Assembly (NCBI RefSeq): GCF_000737315.1
Contig: NZ_JMCB01000014.1
Span: forward strand, 186,001 to 250,000
From: Hyalangium minutum
GTDB taxonomy: Bacteria > Myxococcota > Myxococcia > Myxococcales > Myxococcaceae
Reading direction: 5' to 3'
Length of the DNA stretch: 64,000 nt
In this document: positions 23,208 through 32,046 of the stretch, in pieces
How positions within the stretch are numbered: position 1 is the stretch's first letter
Layout of the letters: each line of letters opens with the position of its first letter
Notes under the pieces: generated by a model
Seen by the model: only the letters and a program-made list of their open reading frames with translations
Told to the model about the DNA's origin: nothing
Database searches by the model: none
Made by a program: the position numbers and the translations under genes

Positions 23208-24797
23208 CTACTGGCGGTACATCATCACATCCAGGGCACCGCTCGGGCCCGGAAAGACGTGGGCCTGCACCTGGATGGGAGCGATGTTGGAAGTGGAGCG
23301 GTACTCCACGTTGCTGCTCGTCTTGGCGTACAGGGATACCTTATACGTGCCAGGCCTCAGGTAGCTGTAGACGATGGGTTTGTCCGCGCAGCGATGCCAG
23401 TCGCCCAGCGCCCCGTAGATCCACTCGCCCGTCGAGGTGTCCTGGAAGTTGATGCCCACCTGCAGGTTGCCCGTCGGGTCCAACGTGTTGCAGTCGAACG
23501 TCACCGAGCCGTCCGTGAACCTCCAGGAGATGGAGGCCCCGCCAATCGCATACAGGCTGTAGGCAGCCGATACCGGGTTATACGCCTGCGTCACCAGCTC
23601 ACCGTTGAAGTAGTAGAGCGGCTTGCCTGAAGCGTCCCGCGCGATGAACTCGATGAAGTGCGAGCCCGGCGACAGGCTCGGCGTCTGCAGGCCCGGGGAC
23701 GTCTGCCCCACGTTGCAAGCGAAGTTGCGCGGCGCCAAGTCATCCAGGGTGATGTCCACCGAGGCCACACCCGCCTGCGCGCAGCTCGCGTTGCCCGGGA
23801 AGCTCCAGTTCAGGTAGGCGTACGATGCGGGGTTGCCCACGGGCGCCAGATCCACGCGCACCGTCTTGTCGCCGTTGATGGTGAAGGAGCCATTGGCCTC
23901 GAAGAGGATCTGGTTCTGGAAGTCCACCGCCTGCAGGGTGAAGTTGTACGAGCCAGGCGCGAAGTCATGCAGGGTAATTCCGTCCACCCCCGAGCTGGTA
24001 CACGCGTACCGTCCGTTGTTGCTCAGCACCTCGCCCGGGATGGTGATGTTGACGCCGTACACGTCACGCGCCTGATCGCAGCGCAGCCCGTTGAACGTCC
24101 ACAGGAACGTCACGTCGCCCAGCTGGGCGGTCAGTGCGGCCAAGGAGTAGTCGGCGGAGACCGGATCATATGCCCGCGTCGTGAGCCCTCCCCTGTATGT
24201 GTAGAGCGGCTGCCCCGACGAAGCCCGGGCAATGAGCTCGATCGAGTGCAGGCCCGGAGCGAGATACGGCGTCTGCAGACCTGGCGGGGTCTGCCCTGCG
24301 GTGCAGGGGGCGCTGTGCGGGGCCAGGCCATCCAGCAGCACCTCCACAGTGGAGACTCCGGCTTGAGCGCAGCTCATGTTCCCCGGGAAGCTCCAGCTCA
24401 AGTAGGCATACGAGCCGGGATTCCCCGTGGGCGTCAGGTCGACCACCACGGTCTTGCTGCCGTTGATGATGAAGGTGCCGCTGGCCTCGAAGAGGATCTG
24501 GTTCTGGAAGTTCACCGCCTGCAGGGTGAAGGCGTACGAGCCGGGCGCGAAGTCATGCAGGGTGATGCCGTCCACACCCGAGGTGCTGCACGCATACTTG
24601 CCGTCGTTGGCCAGCGCCTCTCCGGGGATGGTGACGTTGACCCCGTACACGTCACGCGCCTGATCGCAGCGCAAGCCACCGAAGGTCCAGAGCAAGGTCA
24701 CGTCGCCCGGCTGGGCGGGAGGAGGCTTGTCGGAGACGACGCAGCCCGTGGAGATCGACACAGCACAGAACAATGCGAACAGCAGTCTGGAGCTCAT
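23208..24797 (-). CDS. Cys-rich lipoprotein with duplicated ~196-aa beta-rich module
   Basis: Lipobox ISTGC after a hydrophobic signal; start ATG 24797; internal duplication. Confidence 0.8.
   Translation of the reverse strand: MSSRLLFALFCAVSISTGCVVSDKPPPAQPGDVTLLWTFGGLRCDQARDVYGVNVTIPGEALANDGKYACSTSGVDGITLHDFAPGSYAFTLQAVNFQNQILFEASGTFIINGSKTVVVDLTPTGNPGSYAYLSWSFPGNMSCAQAGVSTVEVLLDGLAPHSAPCTAGQTPPGLQTPYLAPGLHSIELIARASSGQPLYTYRGGLTTRAYDPVSADYSLAALTAQLGDVTFLWTFNGLRCDQARDVYGVNITIPGEVLSNNGRYACTSSGVDGITLHDFAPGSYNFTLQAVDFQNQILFEANGSFTINGDKTVRVDLAPVGNPASYAYLNWSFPGNASCAQAGVASVDITLDDLAPRNFACNVGQTSPGLQTPSLSPGSHFIEFIARDASGKPLYYFNGELVTQAYNPVSAAYSLYAIGGASISWRFTDGSVTFDCNTLDPTGNLQVGINFQDTSTGEWIYGALGDWHRCADKPIVYSYLRPGTYKVSLYAKTSSNVEYRSTSNIAPIQVQAHVFPGPSGALDVMMYRQ
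23532..24707 (-). repeat. intragenic tandem duplication, period 588 nt
   Basis: GDVT.LWTF.GLRCDQARDVYGVN begins at both 24707 and 24119; the two modules align throughout. Confidence 0.9.
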
Positions 24798-24975
24798 GGG
24801 GATATCCGCTGAGTGGGAAGAGGAACACATGGGCATCCGGCCCGGTGCGCACTCTAGCAGGCTCTTTTTCCGATGCTGTCGGCGGCACTGCATCCGCGTG
24901 CGCCCTGGGGGCACTCAACTCCTCATGGTGCGTCCGGATAATGCGCTCAACCACGCAGCACAGGGGGAGCCGCAC

Positions 24976-25890
24976 ATGTCGACCATCAAGAAGGGAAGTC
25001 CGCTGGGGAACGGGGTGAACCCGCTGAGCCAGGGCAAGCTGGCGCAGGCCTCGCCGCAGAAAGCACAGAACTCCGCGCCGCAAGCCCCCCCGCAGTCGCA
25101 GGCCCGTGCTCACCACGCACGCGACTCCTTCGAGCCCTCCTCCCAAGGGCCTCGGGTGCTCACCCACCACGGGAAGACCATCGTGGATCTCGGCTCCGGG
25201 GACAACAACGCGACCATCCACCAGACGAAGAATGGTGGGCTGCGGATCACCTCGGACGGTAAGACGGTCACGCTCACGGCACAGCAGGCTCGTAACGCCG
25301 TCATCCGAGGCGGCGCGGGCAACGACACCATCGTCGCGGACGAGAGCGTCAAGATGGGGCTGAAGATCGAGGGTGGCAGCGGCGATGACACGCTCGTGGG
25401 TGGCCGGGGCAATGACCGGATCAAGGGCGGCAGCGGCCACGACGTGCTGAGCGGCGGCAAGGGCCATGACACGCTCGATGGTGGCAAGGGCAACGACCTG
25501 CTGCTCGGCGGCAAGGGCAACGACACGCTCATGGGAGGAGGAGGCCATGACGCTCTGGCCGGTGAGCAGGGCAACGACACGCTCTCCGGTGGCAGCGGCC
25601 ACGACGTGCTCCTCGGAGACCAAGGCAACGATCGGCTCAGCGGCGGCACGGGCAACGACTACCTCAGCGGCGGCACGGGCCATGACCGCCTCGATGGCGG
25701 CAAGGGGCACGATGAGCTGTACGGGGACGGCGGCAACGACGTGCTGAAGGGCCGCGACGGCAACGACGTGCTGGACGGCGGAAGCGGCCACGACCGGCTG
25801 TACGGCGGCCGGGGCAATGACGTCCTCAGCGGCGGCCCGGGCCACGACGTGGCGAATGGCGGCCCGGGCGACGACCTCATCAGCGACTGA
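24976..25890 (+). CDS. RTX/hemolysin-type Ca-binding repeat protein
   Basis: About 20 GGxGxDxL-type nonapeptides; GGGGGAG RBS before ATG 24976. Confidence 0.9.
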   Translation: MSTIKKGSPLGNGVNPLSQGKLAQASPQKAQNSAPQAPPQSQARAHHARDSFEPSSQGPRVLTHHGKTIVDLGSGDNNATIHQTKNGGLRITSDGKTVTLTAQQARNAVIRGGAGNDTIVADESVKMGLKIEGGSGDDTLVGGRGNDRIKGGSGHDVLSGGKGHDTLDGGKGNDLLLGGKGNDTLMGGGGHDALAGEQGNDTLSGGSGHDVLLGDQGNDRLSGGTGNDYLSGGTGHDRLDGGKGHDELYGDGGNDVLKGRDGNDVLDGGSGHDRLYGGRGNDVLSGGPGHDVANGGPGDDLISD

Positions 25891-25919
25891 GCCTTCCTTC
25901 GAGGAAGAGCCCGCGCGGC

Positions 25920-26948
25920 TCAGCGCCGCCGGGCCTCGAGCAGGCTGACCATTCCTGCCTGAGCCTGAGTGATGCGCTCCAGCTCCCAGCCCGTGGCCTC
26001 CAGCAGCGCCTGGAACTCGCGGGCCGTGCGCTCCTGGCCATCCGCCATCACGAGCATGTTCAGGTCCATGAGCGGCATCGTGGAGAGCTGCCCATCCTCT
26101 GGCATCACCCGCTCCACCAGGATCAGCCTCGCCCCCTCAGGGGCTCCCTGGTGGATGTGCCGCAGGATGGTGGTCGCGGGCGCATCGGCCCAGTCGTGGA
26201 TGATGTGCTTGACCAGGTAGCACTCCGCCGCAGGGATGACAGGCTCGAAGAAACTGCCCCCCACCAGCTCGACCCGGCCAGCCAATCCCACGGACTCGAT
26301 ACGGGAGCGGGCGCCATCGATGACCTTCGGCAAGTCGAAGAGGATGCCTCGGCAGGAGGGATAAGCCCGGAGCACCGCCTCCAGCAGCACGCCCTGGCTG
26401 CCGCCCACGTCCGCCACGCGGGCGTAGCCCGAGAAGTCATGCAGGCGCGGAATCTCGTTGGCCACCATGAGAGTGAGCGCTCCCATGGTCCTGGCGAAGA
26501 GCGTGCCCTCCTCGGGGTGCTGGGAGAAGTGCTCCCAGACGTCCATGCCCAGCGCGGCCTTCGTGGTGGAGTGGTTGGTGCGAATCGCCTCCGGGAGCAG
26601 GCCCCAGGGCAGCCAGTGCGCGCGATCGCACATGCCAATGGCCATGTCGCGCATGGAGCCCGGCACGTCCGAGCGGAGGAGCTGCCCCATGGGCGTCAGC
26701 GAGAACGTGCGCGGGGAGACCTCCTGCACGAGGCCCGCGGAGATCGCTCCGCGCAGCAGGCGGTACAGTCCCTCCGGGTGGGCGCCGACTTCGGACGCCA
26801 CTTCATCACTTGGGCGGGGACCGCTCGCGAGCCGGTCCGCCACACCCAGGCGGGCGACGGCATGAATGACCTGGGAGATCCAGAATCCTCGGATACGCTC
26901 AGCGAGTTGCTCTTGGGGGGACACAGCATGCGGGACGGAGGCGCTCAT
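25920..26948 (-). CDS. SAM-dependent O-methyltransferase (family 2, with dimerisation domain)
   Basis: ADVGGSQG, FDLP, GGSFFE, KHIIHDW, DLNML...GQERT; start taken at ATG 26948. Confidence 0.92.
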   Translation of the reverse strand: MSASVPHAVSPQEQLAERIRGFWISQVIHAVARLGVADRLASGPRPSDEVASEVGAHPEGLYRLLRGAISAGLVQEVSPRTFSLTPMGQLLRSDVPGSMRDMAIGMCDRAHWLPWGLLPEAIRTNHSTTKAALGMDVWEHFSQHPEEGTLFARTMGALTLMVANEIPRLHDFSGYARVADVGGSQGVLLEAVLRAYPSCRGILFDLPKVIDGARSRIESVGLAGRVELVGGSFFEPVIPAAECYLVKHIIHDWADAPATTILRHIHQGAPEGARLILVERVMPEDGQLSTMPLMDLNMLVMADGQERTAREFQALLEATGWELERITQAQAGMVSLLEARRR

Positions 26949-27082
26949 GCCCTGCGATGTAACCAAGGGCCGCAACCGGCGCGAAGCGGCGGCGGGAGCA
27001 ACTTCAAGATAGTCCACGAAGAAACAGTCCCCACGTCAACGCACCTGGGGTCTCCAGGTACCCCCGTCCCAGCCCGGGCCGC

Positions 27083-27409
27083 TCAGACGAGCGGTCGGAG
27101 CGCCTCCTCCAGCTTCGCGCGAGGCACGGCTCCGACGATCTGCTTCACCACCCGGCCTCCCTTGAACACGAGCAGCGTGGGCGTTGCCCGGATGCCGTAC
27201 TCCTGGGCCGTCTGCTGATGATCATCCACGTTGAGCTTCGCGAACTTCATGCGCCCCTTGTACTCCGTGGCCAGCGCATCGAGGACCGGAGCGAGGATGC
27301 GGCACGGCGGGCACCACGTCGCCGTGAAGTCCACCAACACCGGCTCATTCGCCTCGAGCACCTCGCGCTGGAACTCCGCGTCCCCGAGCATCACAACGTC
27401 CCCTGCCAT
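27083..27409 (-). CDS. trxA: thioredoxin
   Basis: WCPPC active site, KLNVDD, IRATPT. Confidence 0.92.
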   Translation of the reverse strand: MAGDVVMLGDAEFQREVLEANEPVLVDFTATWCPPCRILAPVLDALATEYKGRMKFAKLNVDDHQQTAQEYGIRATPTLLVFKGGRVVKQIVGAVPRAKLEEALRPLV

Positions 27410-27535
27410 GGCATGTCCTCCTCGAGCAGCAACGGCCGTGTGGACCGCGCCTGGGTTCGCGAGAGATGTATTAACGGGAGGCTTCGCGGACGAGAGCCCG
27501 CCGGGAAACGCACTGTTCCGCTTCGGCCCCCAGGC

Positions 27536-28483
27536 TCAGCCGCGCGAGCGCGCGGGACGTGAAGCAGAGGAGACATCTCCCTCCCAAGGAACCGCGGCGC
27601 TGCGCTCCGAGAGCAAGCTCAAGAAGGCGCGCACCTTGGGCGGCAGCTGGCAGCGGCTCGGGTAGACGGCGAAGACGGGAAGCCCTGGCGGTGTCTCGGC
27701 CTCCAGGACGGGCACGAGCAGGCCCGCGCGCACGTCCTCCGTGACGAGGGCCGCTGGCAGCCGCACCACGCCCAGCCCCGCTCGCGCCGCCGCCTGACCG
27801 GCTCGGACACTGGGCACGCGCAACCGGCCGCTCACGGGCACCGTCCGAGCGCCCTTCCCTTCTCCGAAGAACCACACCTCGTCCGTGCCGGGCTCGGCCA
27901 GGAGGACACACTCGTGTCCCGGAAGCTCCTCGGGTGAGCGGAGGGGGCCGTGGCCGCTGAGGTAGGCGGGGCTGGCGTAGTAGCCCGTTCGCACGAGCCC
28001 AAGCCGGCGAGCCATCAGCGTGGAGTCCGCCAGCGGTCCGGTCCTCAGCGCGAGATCATACTCCTCGGCGATGAGGTCCACATGGGCCTCGGCGAGGGAG
28101 ACCTCCACGCGCATCCTCGGCTGGCGCAGGAGGAACTCCGCGATGAGTGGCGTGAGCAGCTCGCCGAGCAGCGAGAGGGTCGCGAGGCGCAGCGTGCCCT
28201 GGGGCGTGTCGCGGGACTCGCTCACCGCCCGGTTCACCTCCCGGGCCTCGGCAACCAGGCGGGAGCACTCGGCGTGGTACTGCCGCCCCACCTCTGTAAG
28301 CCGCAGCCTGCGCGTGTTGCGCTCGAGCAGGCGCGTTCCCAGCCGATCCTCGAGCGCTGCGAGCCGGCGGCTCACCGTCGACTTGCGCAGACCCAGGCGC
28401 TCCGCCGCGGAGGTGATGCCGCCGGCCGTCACCACCTCGGCGAAGAGCAGCATGTCATCCAGCAACGGGGGGCTCGGGGGCAC
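27536..28483 (-). CDS. LysR-family transcriptional regulator
   Basis: FAEVV..GGITSAAERLGLRKSTVSRRLAALE..LG.RLLERNTR HTH; DLIAEEYDLALR; start uncertain (GTG 28483 or ATG 28453). Confidence 0.93.
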   Translation of the reverse strand: MPPSPPLLDDMLLFAEVVTAGGITSAAERLGLRKSTVSRRLAALEDRLGTRLLERNTRRLRLTEVGRQYHAECSRLVAEAREVNRAVSESRDTPQGTLRLATLSLLGELLTPLIAEFLLRQPRMRVEVSLAEAHVDLIAEEYDLALRTGPLADSTLMARRLGLVRTGYYASPAYLSGHGPLRSPEELPGHECVLLAEPGTDEVWFFGEGKGARTVPVSGRLRVPSVRAGQAAARAGLGVVRLPAALVTEDVRAGLLVPVLEAETPPGLPVFAVYPSRCQLPPKVRAFLSLLSERSAAVPWEGDVSSASRPARSRG

Positions 28484-28622
28484 GGCTCGACAGACTATGC
28501 GCCACACATGCGGCGCGCGAGTGCTGCGGGGAACTGTGAGCCGCACCACCCGCTGCTTGTGAAGCGCATCCCATCCCTCCAGGCCTGCGTGAGTCGCGCG
28601 CTCCTCTCACCCATCCACAGGG

Positions 28623-29372
28623 CTATGACGCGGCTCGCTTGGGTCGCGCGAGCTTCACGGGCACGCGGCGAGCATTCGCCGCCAGATAGCGGCGCCTCGC
28701 CCCATAGTCCGTGAACAGCAGCAGCAGCTTGCCGTGGTCGTCTTGGTGCACGAAGACCTGTGCCTCGTGGGCCTCGCAGTAGGGCACGCGCTTCACCGCA
28801 CCCGCGGCGTCCGCCACCGCCCCCGTCCCCAGCGGGAGCGGTCCGGCCTGGAGCGTCTTCGCCTCCATCCGGCGGCTCGCGGGGACTCCACAGACGATGC
28901 ACTCGGCTGGCCAGCCTCCGTTCCAAAACACCGGGCAGGTGTAGAGCATCGCGAAGACGACATCCTCGTCCTGGAGTGCGCGCACCATCGCCTTGTGGCT
29001 CACCAGCCACTCGAAGCAGTGCGGGCACTCGAACTGCTGCTTCTCATCCCGCAGCGTCAATCCAGAGGTAAAGGTGCCGCCCAGCATCCCCTGGCAGTAC
29101 GGACACGGTGCCTGCTGGAGCGTGAACGACACCGTGCCTCCCAGCAGGAGGAACAGGCCCATGACCATGAGGCCCACCAACAGCCCCTCCTCCCCCACCA
29201 GCATCAGGCCAGCGGCCGCGAAGAAGCCTCCCAGGAACAGCCCCAGGAACACGAAGGTCCGCAGCGCGCGCAGCTTGACCGAACCGCCGGCAGGCATCTT
29301 CTTCGTAGGGCCTGCAGCCCACGGGGGATGCAAGGCCCCCTGATAGACAGGAGGGGTACTCGGCGGCGCCAT
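28623..29372 (-). CDS. hypothetical 2-TM membrane protein with CxxC zinc-ribbon motifs
   Basis: Two TM helices; CPYC, CPHC, CIVC, CEAH motifs. Confidence 0.65.
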   Translation of the reverse strand: MAPPSTPPVYQGALHPPWAAGPTKKMPAGGSVKLRALRTFVFLGLFLGGFFAAAGLMLVGEEGLLVGLMVMGLFLLLGGTVSFTLQQAPCPYCQGMLGGTFTSGLTLRDEKQQFECPHCFEWLVSHKAMVRALQDEDVVFAMLYTCPVFWNGGWPAECIVCGVPASRRMEAKTLQAGPLPLGTGAVADAAGAVKRVPYCEAHEAQVFVHQDDHGKLLLLFTDYGARRRYLAANARRVPVKLARPKRAAS

Positions 29373-29389
29373 GCGAGCACTTCGTCATA

Positions 29390-30226
29390 TCAGAAGATCG
29401 ACTTGCGCGGCGGCGCGGCCCGGGTCACCGGGCGGCACTGGAGCAGCGCGAGCCCGCGCTCCCCCAGCGCCCATTCAATATCGAGCTTCCCGCCATAGGC
29501 CTGCTCACAAGCGCTGGCCAGGCGATGGAGCTCTCCGCACTGCGCCTCCGTGAGGCAGAGCCCCGTCCGGCGGGCGGGCTCCACCTCCACCTGCCGCGTG
29601 CCGCCGTCCTCCCCGAGCTGAATCTCCACGGGCTTCTCCCCCGCCACGCGCTCGAGCAGCCGGCCCTGTCGATCCATCCGGAAGCGATCCGGTATCACCT
29701 GCCCCTGCACCACCACCTCACCCAGCCCCCAGGCCGCCTCCACCAGACGCTCGTCTCGCCCCGTCACTGGATCGCACGTGAAGAGGATGCCCGCGACGCT
29801 CGCGCGCACCATCTCCTGAACCACCACCCCCATGCGCAGGCTCGCGGACACGCCCATCCGCTGCCGGTACACGGTGGATGCACTGGCGGACCTCACCACC
29901 TCGCCCACCGCCTCCACCAAGGACACCAGCGTCCCCACTCCCAGCTGGCTCAGGTGCTGCCCCGCGAAGCTCCTCCCACGGCTGTCCTCCTCCAGACCCG
30001 AAGAGCGCACCGCCACCGGGAAGCGCAGGCCCGAGGCCTGCTGGCGCAGCCGCTCCACGGCCTCGGGGGACTTGCCCTCCACCCTCGCCGCCAGCTCCCA
30101 GCCGATCGCCAGGCCCGGAGGCACCGGCAGCCCCGCGCGCACAGCCCGCGCGAGCCCCGCCGCCTTGCCGCCAAAGTGGCCCGCCTCCACGGCGTCCTCG
30201 AGTGCCACCACGTTCTGCGCGTCCAT
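29390..30226 (-). CDS. stand-alone PEP-synthase-type ATP-binding (PEP/pyruvate-binding) domain protein
   Basis: GGKAAGL, VAVRSS..EED....SFAGQ, VVVQEMV...AGILFT.DP, EAAWGLGE.VV.G...PD, DIEWA, LQCRPVT; ATG 30226 overlaps the upstream TGA. Confidence 0.88.
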   Translation of the reverse strand: MDAQNVVALEDAVEAGHFGGKAAGLARAVRAGLPVPPGLAIGWELAARVEGKSPEAVERLRQQASGLRFPVAVRSSGLEEDSRGRSFAGQHLSQLGVGTLVSLVEAVGEVVRSASASTVYRQRMGVSASLRMGVVVQEMVRASVAGILFTCDPVTGRDERLVEAAWGLGEVVVQGQVIPDRFRMDRQGRLLERVAGEKPVEIQLGEDGGTRQVEVEPARRTGLCLTEAQCGELHRLASACEQAYGGKLDIEWALGERGLALLQCRPVTRAAPPRKSIF

Positions 30227-31947
30227 CACTCCAGCACCCGAACCTCCCCCGCCTCCCCATCCACCATCACCTGCATGCCATCCTTGATGCGGACAGTGGC
30301 CTCCCGCGTGCCGACCACTCCGGGGATGCCAAACTCCCGCGCGATGATGGCGGCGTGCGACAGCGAGCCTCCCGAATCCGTCACGAGGCCTCCCACCATC
30401 GAGAGGGCCACGTTGTAGGCCGAGGACGTCGAGTACGTCACCAGCACGTCCCCGGGGCGGACACGGTCGAGCTCTGCGGGCCCGTCCACCCGCCGCGCCG
30501 TTCCCGTGTAGCGCCCGCTGCTCACGCCGATGCCGCGCACCACCTGGCGATCCGAGGCGGCCTGGGAGTCCGCGTAGGCGCGTGCCCAGACCATGTTGAT
30601 GGCCACCATCCGCTGCAGCTCCTTGGGAATCACCGACAGCGGAGGGGGTGGCTTGGGAGCTGGGCCATACATCTCGGGCACCTCCCGGCTCAGGCGCTGT
30701 CGGTTGCGCGCCCGAGCCGCCAGCTCCTCCGCCGACGGCCCGCCCTCCCCCAAGAGGAGCGCACGCATCTCGTCCAGCTCCGCCTCCAGGAACTGGTGGG
30801 GCTCCTCCAAGAGCCCTCGCTGCACCAGCCGCGCCCCGGCATGCAGCACCGCCCGGCGAAGCACCCCGGAGCTCCACGAGTCTCCATAGAGGACGCGCTC
30901 ATCCCTCAGGCGGTAGAGCTCCCGCGCCTCGGCCAGGAGCGTGTCGAACAGGGGACGGTGCTGAGCGGGGACGCGATCACGCACCTCCGCCAGCCCGTCC
31001 TGCGCGCCCGGCTCTGGCCGCGCGGAGGACTCGAGCGCCGCACGGATGCCCACCAGCAGCAGCTGGGGCTGCTCGAAGCCCACCGGCGAGCCGATGTCGT
31101 AGCCGCCGAGCAGCCGGTAGCCCACGAAGTCCAGGTACTCGCGGGCCTCGCGCCCCACATCAGGATGCGCCATCAGCGCGTCGAGCACGTCCCGAGGCGG
31201 CTCCTGCTGGCCCAGGAGCGCCTGCGCCCCCGGCGAGGCCTTGAGCGCCTCCACCAGCACCTGCAGCTGGGGCACGCGGTTGGCGGACACGGGAGACGCA
31301 CCGCTCAGCAGCCGCTGCAGCCGCGCATCATCCAGGCCGGTCCACTCCTGGGCATGCACGATGAAGTCCCCCAGCGAGGTGAGCGCCGTCTGCGTCAGGC
31401 GGCCATGGTGATACATCGACCGGCGCAGCTGGGCGTTGCATGCCGCCACATGAGCGAAGAGCGCCGAGTCCGACAGCTCGTCGAGCTTCACTCGCAGCAG
31501 CGCCCGGTGGATGCCGATCAGCTCGGGCTTCAACTGCGTGTTCCAGTGGTGGAAGTCCTCCCGCCACGGGCGCGCCTGGAAGACCGTGCTCGCGATGCGG
31601 CGCCGCTGCACGAGGGCCGGGTGCAGGTAGAACATCAGCTTCATCACGGACTGGGGCGGATCAAACGGAGGAGGCTCTGCCGGTGCTCCCACGGGCCTGA
31701 CCTGCATGTAGACGAAGCCGTCCACCACGCACAGGTCCATGGTCTCCATCGGCGAGCCATACTTCGTGCACGTCTCCCTGAAGCCCCGGGGGAACTCCTG
31801 CACGAACGCGTCCCGGCTCAGCGGAGGCATGGGCCGAGGGAAGTGGTTGTCCAGAATCCAGGTCCCCTTAAGCACCCGCCCTTCCCGGTCTCGCACCGGC
31901 CCCGTCCGCTGCCCCTGGCCTGCCTCGTTTCCTTGATGTGCGTGCAT
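30226..31947 (-). CDS. PEP-utilising enzyme: substrate-binding domain plus phospho-His swivel domain
   Basis: C-terminal VTDSGGSLSHAAIIAREFGIPGVVGT; large helical N-terminal domain; start ATG 31947. Confidence 0.85.
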   Translation of the reverse strand: MHAHQGNEAGQGQRTGPVRDREGRVLKGTWILDNHFPRPMPPLSRDAFVQEFPRGFRETCTKYGSPMETMDLCVVDGFVYMQVRPVGAPAEPPPFDPPQSVMKLMFYLHPALVQRRRIASTVFQARPWREDFHHWNTQLKPELIGIHRALLRVKLDELSDSALFAHVAACNAQLRRSMYHHGRLTQTALTSLGDFIVHAQEWTGLDDARLQRLLSGASPVSANRVPQLQVLVEALKASPGAQALLGQQEPPRDVLDALMAHPDVGREAREYLDFVGYRLLGGYDIGSPVGFEQPQLLLVGIRAALESSARPEPGAQDGLAEVRDRVPAQHRPLFDTLLAEARELYRLRDERVLYGDSWSSGVLRRAVLHAGARLVQRGLLEEPHQFLEAELDEMRALLLGEGGPSAEELAARARNRQRLSREVPEMYGPAPKPPPPLSVIPKELQRMVAINMVWARAYADSQAASDRQVVRGIGVSSGRYTGTARRVDGPAELDRVRPGDVLVTYSTSSAYNVALSMVGGLVTDSGGSLSHAAIIAREFGIPGVVGTREATVRIKDGMQVMVDGEAGEVRVLE

Positions 31948-32046
31948 GGTGACTCCCCTTCCTCTCTCCGATCTTTTCACGAAAGAGGAAGGGGGTGGAC
32001 CCGGAAACGTCACGAATTCGTGACACGGTGTTATCACCGTTCTTGC

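Noticed and set aside
25321-25890. Regularly spaced ~27-nt repeats resembling an array
   Set aside because: These are coding RTX nonapeptide repeats without unique spacers, not CRISPR.
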